From Candidatus Woodwardiibium gallinarum (GTDB taxonomy: Bacteria > Bacillota > Clostridia > Oscillospirales > CAG-382): a stretch of 64,000 bases of DNA. Every line of letters begins with the position of its first letter. The first letter of the stretch is position 1. The notes beneath the pieces are model-generated. The model was not told the DNA's origin. It did not search any database and worked only from the letters and a program-made list of their open reading frames with translations. The position numbers and the translations under genes are program-made. Below are positions 29,276 to 36,969 of the stretch, one piece after another. The stretch is from positions 9,435 through 73,434 of the forward strand of contig CAJFRY010000004.1 in assembly GCA_904419545.1 (NCBI GenBank). Reading direction: 5' to 3'.

Positions 29276-29402
29276 CAAAAAAATAAACGGGGGACGGCCT
29301 TTTTGTCGTCCCCTCGCTGTCAAAATGCCGTTTTTTGAAAGAAGCGGGCTGCCGCAGCTTTCGTCTGCGTGATGCCTGAAAACAGGATCGGGAGGTACCG
29401 TT

Positions 29403-29885
29403 ATGCTGTCCCAGTCCGTCACTGAGGATATTGTACTTATATGTGCTGCCCTGCAGCCCATCATAACCGCATTGTTCTGGTTCTTTCAATGTATGGGAAT
29501 ACAGGCAAAAACACTGCGTTTGCAAGCTGTTCGGTGTCTGCTGTTCACACTGCTTCATCTCGGCTTATACACAGGCGCCATGCTGTGCCTGGCGGAAATT
29601 TTTCCGATAGACGGATTGGGCGGTCATGTTGCGCTGCGATTCGCCGTTTCGCTTTCCTGCATGCTCGGTCTCCTTTGGAATTCCTTTACGGGTGAAACGC
29701 GGCATCTGCGCTCGGCAGCGGCGATGATGCTGCTGCTTGACCTCGTGGCTGTGTTCGGCTTTGCTTTGTATTTTGACTTTCAGGGGCAGGAGGATGCGCT
29801 CAGTTATTGGACCTTGCTGATTCTGTCGCTGCTGAATTATATATGCTTTTATTCGATAACGGTACGGCGTTCAGCACGGGAATAA
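29403..29885 (+). CDS. Hypothetical membrane protein
   Basis: 160-aa ORF with 4-5 hydrophobic helices. No family was recognised. Confidence 0.45.
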   Translation: MLSQSVTEDIVLICAALQPIITALFWFFQCMGIQAKTLRLQAVRCLLFTLLHLGLYTGAMLCLAEIFPIDGLGGHVALRFAVSLSCMLGLLWNSFTGETRHLRSAAAMMLLLDLVAVFGFALYFDFQGQEDALSYWTLLILSLLNYICFYSITVRRSARE

Positions 29886-30007
29886 GTATGTGAATCCATT
29901 CGCGTTCCTTCGCGCTCTGTGCGGAATCAGCAAACAATAAGATGCGGACAAGGCAGTAAACAGGGGACTTTCAGGGCAGCAAGCCTTCACAAAGGAGAGA
30001 ACATATT

Positions 30008-30736
30008 ATGTTTCTTACTTCCGGCCTTTTTCCGGACATCCTCTACGCATTTAACAGCATATTGGCGGGCGTGATCACGGGCGTGTTTTTGCTCGCATCC
30101 CTTATGCAAACCGGCCGCCTCCGCAAAGCCGTATATGTGTCGTGCGGAATCGTTTCGCTTATTCTTATATCCCCTATCGCCGTATATTACAGCTTCGGCA
30201 AACCGGCGGTGTGCTTGCTGGCCGGAACACTTGCTGCGTTTTTCTTTTGGTCGGCGCTCTGCTACAAACGTCTTTGCCGTCAAAACCGTGAGCTTCTTTT
30301 TTGCCTTCTTGCGCTGCTGTTGATGCTCGCGCAGCTTTCTGTCACCTGGCTGCCGGTGTTCCTGCCGGATATTCTTTCGTTTTTTTTCCATTACGAACTG
30401 GAGATTTCGGGTTCGCCAATAATCTTGTTCTACCTTTCGCTGTCACTGGGCATTCCGCTCCTGTTCGCGTCCTATCTGCCGCGGCGGGACATTCTCCGGC
30501 GGACGGACAGGGCGGCGGTCGTTGTATCGGCGGCAGCATTTGCCGCAGTTGTCTGCGGACTCGTGCTGAGCTTTCAGGACCGGCTTGCAGACGGTCTGCT
30601 CGTTGCGCTGGACCTCACCGTCTGTTTGCTGACAGCGGCCGCCTATGTGCTGCTCCTGCTGGCCGGAAAGAAGACCGACAGCGACCTGTCCGAGTCGCTG
30701 CCGGAAACAACGCCGGAGCATGATTCCGCCGGCTGA
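30008..30736 (+). CDS. Hypothetical polytopic membrane protein
   Basis: 242-aa ORF with multiple TM helices and an AAAGGAGAG SD 6 nt upstream of the ATG. Confidence 0.5.
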   Translation: MFLTSGLFPDILYAFNSILAGVITGVFLLASLMQTGRLRKAVYVSCGIVSLILISPIAVYYSFGKPAVCLLAGTLAAFFFWSALCYKRLCRQNRELLFCLLALLLMLAQLSVTWLPVFLPDILSFFFHYELEISGSPIILFYLSLSLGIPLLFASYLPRRDILRRTDRAAVVVSAAAFAAVVCGLVLSFQDRLADGLLVALDLTVCLLTAAAYVLLLLAGKKTDSDLSESLPETTPEHDSAG

Positions 30737-31069
30737 CCCTCCGCCTCAGGATTGCCGCAAAGAGATTCTTTTACAGGGTATATACAGGCCGAAGATAAGC
30801 GCTGAAAAGCATACCGACAGCAGTGCCGCTCCGGCCGGAGCAGCGTCAGGGGAAAGTCCGAAAGCATAGGAAGGCAGAAGCCTTCTTTCGGCGCGGCAGC
30901 GCCGCCTGCATACGGCCGGCCCGCATTCCCGAAAACGAAGCTTTTTCGTCTCACAAAACGCTTTGCCGTCTCCAAAGAAAATAAAAGCCTTTGCGCCTGA
31001 TTTCCGATAAGCCGTTTTTTGAAAGAAGCGGAAAGGGAACGGCAATGGCCGTCCCCTTTTGCTCGATTT

Positions 31070-32188
31070 TTATTTTCCGGGCTTTTCGTATTCGCCCTCG
31101 CGGATACCGGGATATTTTTCATCCAGATACGCCTCGCGATAGGGGTTGACCCCGCGCGAGACGTCTTCGGGCTTGTTCGGCAGCAGCCAGCTCTTCTTTT
31201 TATAGAAGCGATTGCGGAAGCGGTTCTCGATGCGGCCGGACTTTTCGAGCACGTCCATGCAGGCACGGATACAGCCGCGCGCGCCGCAGATGGCAAAATA
31301 GCCGGTATGATTGAGAATATAGTTGTAATATTCCATCACCGCGCCGCTGCCCGGCTTGCGGCCCCACTTGGCGTTGGCGATCGAATAGCAGAGGATATAG
31401 GCTTCTTCCTCCGTCATATCGGTGTTCCGCACGTCGAACGCCATATTCGGGAACTCCTTCTTATGGAACGGCGAGCACTCGTTATTGAAGCCGTGATGCG
31501 AGAGGGTGCAGCGGCCCATCTGCACATCGCCGAACCAGACCTTCTTCTCGCCGAAGTCGACCTCAAGCCGCCGCTCGGCGTCCTTGACGGACGGGACGGC
31601 GTTGCCCGGGCACTCGCGCTGGCAGGCGCCGCAATGGAGGCAGATTTCGCCGGTATCGAGGATAGGGTCGGGCTCCAGCTCGCAGTCGGTGAAGATCAGT
31701 CCCAGCCGCACGCGCGGGCCGAATTTCTTCGTGAGGAAAACCTTTGAAAATCCGATTTCGCCCAATCCGCAGCCTGCTGCGATGATGCGCACGCTGCACA
31801 CGACGTCGGGCGGAACCTTGCCGGGCGCGACCGGTTCGCGCGTGGTACCGTTCCCCTCGGGGACGGCCGGATAGTGCGCGACCGCTTCCCAGCCATGGTC
31901 CTCGATGAAACAGCAAAGCTCGTACGACTTGATCGGGCGGAAAAGCGAGTTGAGCTTATTGTAGGAATAAAACGTATAGTTGTGCCAGTGCGTGCCCTCC
32001 TCGATGCCGCGGTAGGTTCCGCGCGGGATACGCATCGCGACGGCGATGACCGACTTGGCGTCGGGGAAATAGGTCAGCGGCGACATCAGCTTCGGCGCGC
32101 CCTTGAAGCGCTCGATGTTTCCGATGGCGATGCAGTCGATGCCCAGTTCGGCCGCCCTGGCCTTGATCATTTCAGACGTCAGCTTCAT
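31070..32188 (-). CDS. 4Fe-4S cluster protein, QueG / reductive-dehalogenase-like
   Basis: The internal ATG at 32188 overlaps the upstream stop (ATGA). The N-terminus resembles the paralog (AAELGIDCIAIGNIERF). A ferredoxin motif CLHCGACQRECP is present. Confidence 0.65.
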   Translation of the reverse strand: MKLTSEMIKARAAELGIDCIAIGNIERFKGAPKLMSPLTYFPDAKSVIAVAMRIPRGTYRGIEEGTHWHNYTFYSYNKLNSLFRPIKSYELCCFIEDHGWEAVAHYPAVPEGNGTTREPVAPGKVPPDVVCSVRIIAAGCGLGEIGFSKVFLTKKFGPRVRLGLIFTDCELEPDPILDTGEICLHCGACQRECPGNAVPSVKDAERRLEVDFGEKKVWFGDVQMGRCTLSHHGFNNECSPFHKKEFPNMAFDVRNTDMTEEEAYILCYSIANAKWGRKPGSGAVMEYYNYILNHTGYFAICGARGCIRACMDVLEKSGRIENRFRNRFYKKKSWLLPNKPEDVSRGVNPYREAYLDEKYPGIREGEYEKPGK

Positions 32189-33108
32189 TTCGCACCCCGG
32201 TTCCCATCCTTGCTGAACACGCCGCCGAGGACGTTGGCCACGTCGGGGTTGCGCTCGGCATAGCTGCCGGATTCGTTCAGCGCCCACGCATCGTGCTTAC
32301 GGAAAGCCTGTTCAAAGCGGTTTTCGGTCCGCTGCCCGGCCTCGAGATGGCACAGACAGGTGCGGTTGCAGAGCGCGGCGACGCGGTCGGGCTTTCCCTT
32401 GGGGGTGAAGCGGTTGGGACATGCGCCGTTTTTACAGACCCTGCATTTGTCGTAATCGATGACGGCAACGGTCATTTTTTTGCCGCAGATTTCAATCTCC
32501 TCGGTTTCGTCGGCGTGGATGGCGCCGAGCGGACAGGCCTTGGCACATTCGCCGCAGCGGTCGCAGACAGAGCCCTCCATGATCGGCGTCGGCTCCAGGA
32601 CCGCATCCGTCACGATCATATGGAAGCGCTGGCGCGAGCCGAACTTTTCGGAAAACGGGATGCGGTTGAACGAAATCTCGCACAGCCCGCAGGCGACGGC
32701 GGCATAGTCAAAGTCGGGATAGAGATTCGGCGCAAGCCGCCCGTCGGCCACCGGCACGCCGGTCGGCTCGTTCCCGTCGGACGGGTTGGGGAACAGCGGC
32801 ATCGCCTCCCAGCCCTCGTCCTCCAGCGCATTGGTCAGGCCGTAGCAGGCCAGCGAGAGAAACTCATCCTCCAGCCAGTTTTTGCCGAACAGGTTGTAAT
32901 CGGAAAAGTTGGTGCCCTCCTCAATGCCGCGCAGCGAGCCGCGGCAGATGCGCTTGCCGAGCATAATCACCGTCTCCCCCTCCGGAAAGATGGAGAACGG
33001 GTTCTTCTCTGCGGGCAGCGCGTCGAAGCGCGACTTGGGTGCAAAGCCAATCAGGTCGATGCCCTCGCGCCTGACGGCGTCCTCGATTTTCTTTTTCAAT
33101 GCGTCCAT
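32185..33108 (-). CDS. 4Fe-4S cluster protein, QueG / reductive-dehalogenase-like (paralog of 31070..32188)
   Basis: REGIDLIGFAPKSRF...CDRCGECAKACPLGAI plus a second Cys cluster (CRVCKNGACP). Confidence 0.65.
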   Translation of the reverse strand: MDALKKKIEDAVRREGIDLIGFAPKSRFDALPAEKNPFSIFPEGETVIMLGKRICRGSLRGIEEGTNFSDYNLFGKNWLEDEFLSLACYGLTNALEDEGWEAMPLFPNPSDGNEPTGVPVADGRLAPNLYPDFDYAAVACGLCEISFNRIPFSEKFGSRQRFHMIVTDAVLEPTPIMEGSVCDRCGECAKACPLGAIHADETEEIEICGKKMTVAVIDYDKCRVCKNGACPNRFTPKGKPDRVAALCNRTCLCHLEAGQRTENRFEQAFRKHDAWALNESGSYAERNPDVANVLGGVFSKDGNRGAK

Positions 33109-33288
33109 AGCGTATTCAATCGTTCCTTCCTATATGTAGGTTATACGGTCATTATACGCGCATAGAGCTCGGTTCCGCAATAACAAACCGCAACCGGATT
33201 ATCAAAAACCGAAACCGCGCGAAAGCTGCGTCTTTCGTCCGGCTGTATCCGTTTGCTTCGGAAAGAAGCGAAAAAGGGAGACTTTTTT

Positions 33289-34062
33289 ATGTTTACAGCA
33301 CCCCGCATCCTCGTCTCGTCTCTGTCGGTTTTCGATGCGTCATTCGCCAAAGCCGGCGAAGTGACCGTGCCGCGGCGCGACTTCCATGCGCTGTCCTTCC
33401 GGCTGTCAGGCCGGATTACGGTGGAGACGGAAAACGAACGGCTGCTCTCGTCCGCAGGCGAGCTTACGTTCGTGCCGCAGGGGATATCCTATCGTACCGA
33501 AATTCTGGAGGACAGCCGCATTTACGTCGTCCACTTCAACACCGTTGACAGCTATCCGAAGCCTTCGCCCTTTGTCGTCGCTCCGCCTTATCCGGTCGTG
33601 CTGCGCAATCTTTTCGCGGGGCTGTTCTCGCGTTATCGCGTGGGAATGGAGCATGACCTGACCTGCCTGTCGATGTTTTACGAAATTCTCGCGGAAACGG
33701 TTCGCGCGCTGCCGGCGTCCGGCGAAACGGGCAGCGATTCGCCAAGGCTGCGCGCGGTCAGAGCGCAGATTGACCGTCATTTCGACGACCCCGGTATGAC
33801 CGTCGCCGCGCTGGCCGCGCACGCGGGCTGGAGCGAGGCCTATTTCCGCCGCGCGTTCCGCAAAGCGTTCGGCGTCCCGCCGCTGGAATATATCCGCCAA
33901 GTGCGGCTGGAGAACGCCAAAGCGCTTTTGCGGACGGGATATTACTCGGTCACGGAAACGGCTATGCGCTGCGGATTTGACAGTGTGAGTTATTTTTCCT
34001 ACACCTTCCGCAAAACGGTGGGCGTTACGCCGAGCGCGTACAGAGAACGGTTTTTATCCTGA
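33289..34062 (+). CDS. AraC-family transcriptional regulator (cupin plus HTH)
   Basis: The ATG at 33289 has an AAGGGAG SD 8 nt upstream. The C-terminus carries two HTH motifs (AALAAHAGWSEAYFRRAFRKAFG, ETAMRCGFDSVSYFSYTFRK). It is divergent from the Fe-S gene pair. Confidence 0.85.
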   Translation: MFTAPRILVSSLSVFDASFAKAGEVTVPRRDFHALSFRLSGRITVETENERLLSSAGELTFVPQGISYRTEILEDSRIYVVHFNTVDSYPKPSPFVVAPPYPVVLRNLFAGLFSRYRVGMEHDLTCLSMFYEILAETVRALPASGETGSDSPRLRAVRAQIDRHFDDPGMTVAALAAHAGWSEAYFRRAFRKAFGVPPLEYIRQVRLENAKALLRTGYYSVTETAMRCGFDSVSYFSYTFRKTVGVTPSAYRERFLS

Positions 34063-34451
34063 AATGCAATCAAAACAGTCGCAGACAGGCGTCCGAGCGT
34101 CGAGCTGAACGCCTGTCTGCGCACAGATAAAATGGGGAAGGCGTTTCCGTTCCATATCCGGTTTTCCGCAGCTCCGACGAATCTGTACGGCTGCGCCGGA
34201 CAACGGATTCGCTCTCGGCGGCATATGTGATGATTGGCAAACCAAAAACACAGGGGCGGCAGACATGGAAACGCCGCCGGACGGGTCCGGCTCCGCCGCA
34301 GAGGCTGCAAATCCGCAGCGGTTATGATAAAGCGGATCCGTTGCGCATTCACCGAACATCCGAACGAGAACGAACCCCGCCGTTCAGAAAGCGGCGCGGC
34401 ATGGGATTCGGATGTTTTCCACACCGTTGTGCACAACGCCCGCCGTCCTGT

Positions 34452-34521
34452 TTTCCCACATTTTCCGCCAAATTCTGCTGCCGCTTGCGGACTTATCCAC
34501 TTATCCACCGAGTTATCCACA
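34452..34521 (+). promoter_or_regulatory. DnaA-box array outside oriC (left copy of a direct repeat)
   Basis: TTTCCCACA 34452, TTATCCACT 34493, TTATCCACC 34501 and TTATCCACA 34513-34521. Confidence 0.6.
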
Positions 34522-34589
34522 ATCTGCAAATATTATAATTTTGATTTTAAACAGTCGTTTTATAAATAAACAACTCTGTACTACAGAAT

Positions 34590-34892
34590 TTAATCTATTG
34601 AAAAATCAGAAAAAGGCGCTTCTTCACTTACAAACGTATCGTAAGTAAACTTTGAACCAAGCCGAAATCCGACGAGAAAACAATCCAATAGCGAAGCGTC
34701 GTTTATTTTATGGGTCGTATCTATATATTTTGTAAACCAAGCTTTTTCATCATCTTGCAGGGTTTGTAAAAGCTGTACTTCGGCTTCGTTTTGTAATTGA
34801 ATTTCTTCTTCGAGTTTGGATTTCCCGCGTATCAATCGCAGTTGTGATTCGAGATTTCCATAATAAAATTCTTTCAAAATTCCTGACATCAT
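34590..34892 (-). CDS. Small hypothetical protein (about 100 aa), predicted helical, in a low-GC cassette
   Basis: The ORF has an AAAAGGAG SD 5 nt before the ATG at 34892 and its own promoter. The DNA is AT-rich compared with its neighbours. Confidence 0.6.
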   Translation of the reverse strand: MMSGILKEFYYGNLESQLRLIRGKSKLEEEIQLQNEAEVQLLQTLQDDEKAWFTKYIDTTHKINDASLLDCFLVGFRLGSKFTYDTFVSEEAPFSDFSID

Positions 34893-34918
34893 ATACACTC
34901 CTTTTCACTGATGCATTT

Positions 34919-34947
34919 ATTTTACACGATTTTCAATGGTTTTGCAA
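34919..34947 (-). promoter_or_regulatory. Promoter of the small cassette gene
   Basis: On the - strand: TTGCAA (34947-34942), 17-nt spacer, then TAAAAT (34924-34919). Confidence 0.5.
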
Positions 34948-35104
34948 GATGATATATTTACTTTCGTTTCAATAAAAATAATTACTATAATTATCTTTTT
35001 TCCAAGCATGAAGTTGCATTTCATATTCAAACCTGCTGATATAGCCCGGCGACTTACAGCAATCAAACTGCAAAAACAGTCGAAAACAGGTTTTGTTCCG
35101 ACAG

Positions 35105-35133
35105 TTATTCACTTATCCACCGAGTTATCCACA
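35105..35133 (+). promoter_or_regulatory. DnaA-box array outside oriC (right copy of the direct repeat)
   Basis: TTATTCACT 35105, TTATCCACC 35113 and TTATCCACA 35125-35133. The spacing and the GAG linker are the same as at 34493-34521. Confidence 0.6.
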
Positions 35134-35151
35134 ATGTCGTATTTTACGCGC

Positions 35152-35182
35152 AAAAAAGGACGCTTGAAAAAGCGTCCTTTTT
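35152..35182 (-). terminator. Terminator of the surface-protein gene (bidirectional shape)
   Basis: AAAAAGGACGC-TTGAAAAA-GCGTCCTTTTT, with A/T runs on both sides. Confidence 0.7.
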
Positions 35183-35195
35183 ATGGTATGTATGC

Positions 35196-36062
35196 TTACG
35201 TCCGTTTCTTCGTGACGAGCACGGCGGCTGCAATTGCGGCGACAGCAATGACAATCAGAGCCGTCAGTCCGCTGTCTCCGGTGGTAGGTACAGAAGAAGC
35301 CGGAGAAGAACTCCCGCCGGGCGCTGCGGAAGACGTTTGGGCAGTTGTCTCGGAGGAGGTATCAACCGGCGTTTCGGAGGATTCTTCCGCAGGCGCTGCC
35401 GTCTGCACTCCGATTTCGGTAAATCCGATCCATTCGAGAGACGTATAGCCGTAGTTGGTCGTGGTCGTCCAGTAATCTTTGTCTCCCTTATAAGCGGGAA
35501 TGTCACCGAACGTAAAGGTCAGCAGAATGTATTTCGCATTGACCCTGAAGTCGCTTACATCGACCGTCACATCCTCAACCTTGGCGCCTTCAAAGTTGCC
35601 GGTGTCTATATCGGCGGTTGTGTCAATGGGAAATGTGCCGGCATTGTAATACGTTTCGTCATCTTCAGAATATTCTACCTTTACCGACTCGGGCACGCCG
35701 ATCATTGCCTGCACCTGATGCAGAAGAGAAAACTTGATTGCAGACACGGAAGCCTGCTCGCTCAATTCAAGCGTAAAGCTACAGGCAGGGATAACAGCTT
35801 CAGTAGCAGTAGCCTGCGTATTTTTAACCAGTAAGACACCGGCGGTATCAAACGCCGTCGCTTCTGACAGCGTATCGCCGTCGAACAGGCATGCAGCGGT
35901 CGCGCCGCCCTGATATGCCTCCTCACAGATGCTGCCTTCGGATTCAAATGTGATTCCGCGAATAGAAACGTCTCCCTCCGCTGCCGGAGCGGCGACCGTA
36001 CATATGGCAGCGAGCAAAAGCACTGCAAGCAGTACGGATATACATTTTTTCACAGCCATCAC
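35196..36062 (-). CDS. Cell-wall-anchored surface protein with sortase-type sorting signal (VPTTG)
   Basis: N-terminal signal peptide. The C-terminus has a Ser/Thr/Pro-rich linker, VPTTGDSG, a hydrophobic helix and a KKRT tail. Confidence 0.7.
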   Translation of the reverse strand: MMAVKKCISVLLAVLLLAAICTVAAPAAEGDVSIRGITFESEGSICEEAYQGGATAACLFDGDTLSEATAFDTAGVLLVKNTQATATEAVIPACSFTLELSEQASVSAIKFSLLHQVQAMIGVPESVKVEYSEDDETYYNAGTFPIDTTADIDTGNFEGAKVEDVTVDVSDFRVNAKYILLTFTFGDIPAYKGDKDYWTTTTNYGYTSLEWIGFTEIGVQTAAPAEESSETPVDTSSETTAQTSSAAPGGSSSPASSVPTTGDSGLTALIVIAVAAIAAAVLVTKKRT

Positions 36063-36177
36063 CTTTCCTTAAATTGGATTTTTATGCCAAGCAGAACAAC
36101 CGCTTGCCGCTGCGAACGGCAGCATGTCTGCTTTGTGCCGGCCGACAAATGCGGGATCCACAAAGGATTCTGTTTTT

Positions 36178-36206
36178 ATTATAATTATATTCAAATCATT
36201 TGTCAA
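36178..36206 (-). promoter_or_regulatory. Perfect-consensus sigma-A promoter for the surface-protein gene
   Basis: On the - strand: TTGACA (36206-36201), exactly 17 nt, then TATAAT (36183-36178). Confidence 0.6.
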
Positions 36207-36401
36207 TATAAATATACATTTAGAAATAAATTTTTATTATTTACAGATTTCTTCCGAAACATGTGAAAGCCTTCCGTCCAACCAAACAGCAAAAAGAACA
36301 CAGAAAGAGCGGGCAAAAAATCCATCAACGCCATACAGTCAGGGCAGATGTCCGGCAACAGATATTTATCCGTACATGGCGGCGCATTCGGACAAACAAA
36401 C

Positions 36402-36425
36402 AGCGGACGGCTCAAGCCGTCCGCT
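36402..36425 (-). terminator. Hairpin after the gyrBA-PPTase unit
   Basis: 10-bp stem AGCGGACGGC/GCCGTCCGCT with loop TCAA. The - strand continues GTTTGTTTG. Confidence 0.55.
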
Positions 36426-36441
36426 TTTCATCACGAAATTA

Positions 36442-36969
36442 TTATGTTTTCCCGCCGGCGACGGCGAACAGATAGTCGCTCTTATCCGCCAGCGGAACGG
36501 CCAGCGGACCGACAGGAACCCCGCAAACCTCGGGCAGCAGCTCGTTTCCGTCGCTGACCGAGAACGCAGGAAATTCGCGGATGCCGGCACCGGTATACTT
36601 GACGTACGCCTCGCGCCGCACCCAGACTTCGCCGAAGCGGCGAGGGTCGCTGCGGACAAACGCATAGTCCTCGGGTGTGAAAAACCGTTCCGCCACGGCA
36701 AGGAAGCGGCCTTCCCGAACGCAGGCAAAGCGGTCCCTCCGCTCGCCGTCGATGCCGAGCGGGCTGCCGGCCAGCGCCGCGACCATATAATCGCCGGTCG
36801 TTGTGACCGAAAGGTATCGCAGCGGCGGATAACCGGTGAGCGACGGCTTGCCATTGGCGTCATAGGCGACGCCGACGGCGGTTCCGAGCATCTTTTGAAG
36901 AGCATCGCACAGCGTTTTGTGACGGACGGCGGCGGTCGGTGCGTTATCCAGCACCAGCAGGCAGGGCAT
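36442..36969 (-). CDS. 4'-phosphopantetheinyl transferase (Sfp-type)
   Basis: 175 aa with GIDGERR, FFTPEDYAF and VWVRREAYVKYTG motifs. Its ATG shares one nt with the gyrA TAA (TAATG). Confidence 0.75.
   Translation of the reverse strand: MPCLLVLDNAPTAAVRHKTLCDALQKMLGTAVGVAYDANGKPSLTGYPPLRYLSVTTTGDYMVAALAGSPLGIDGERRDRFACVREGRFLAVAERFFTPEDYAFVRSDPRRFGEVWVRREAYVKYTGAGIREFPAFSVSDGNELLPEVCGVPVGPLAVPLADKSDYLFAVAGGKT

Noticed and set aside
33999-34529. ORF beginning MQIVDNSVDK, which looks like the GyrB ATPase motif EIVDNSIDE and suggested a gyrB pseudogene fragment. A similar frame occurs at 35105-35133.
   Set aside because: The resemblance arises only because TGTGGATAA (a DnaA box) translates as VDN. 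The rest of the ORF has no GyrB similarity. The sequence is better explained as a DnaA-box array.
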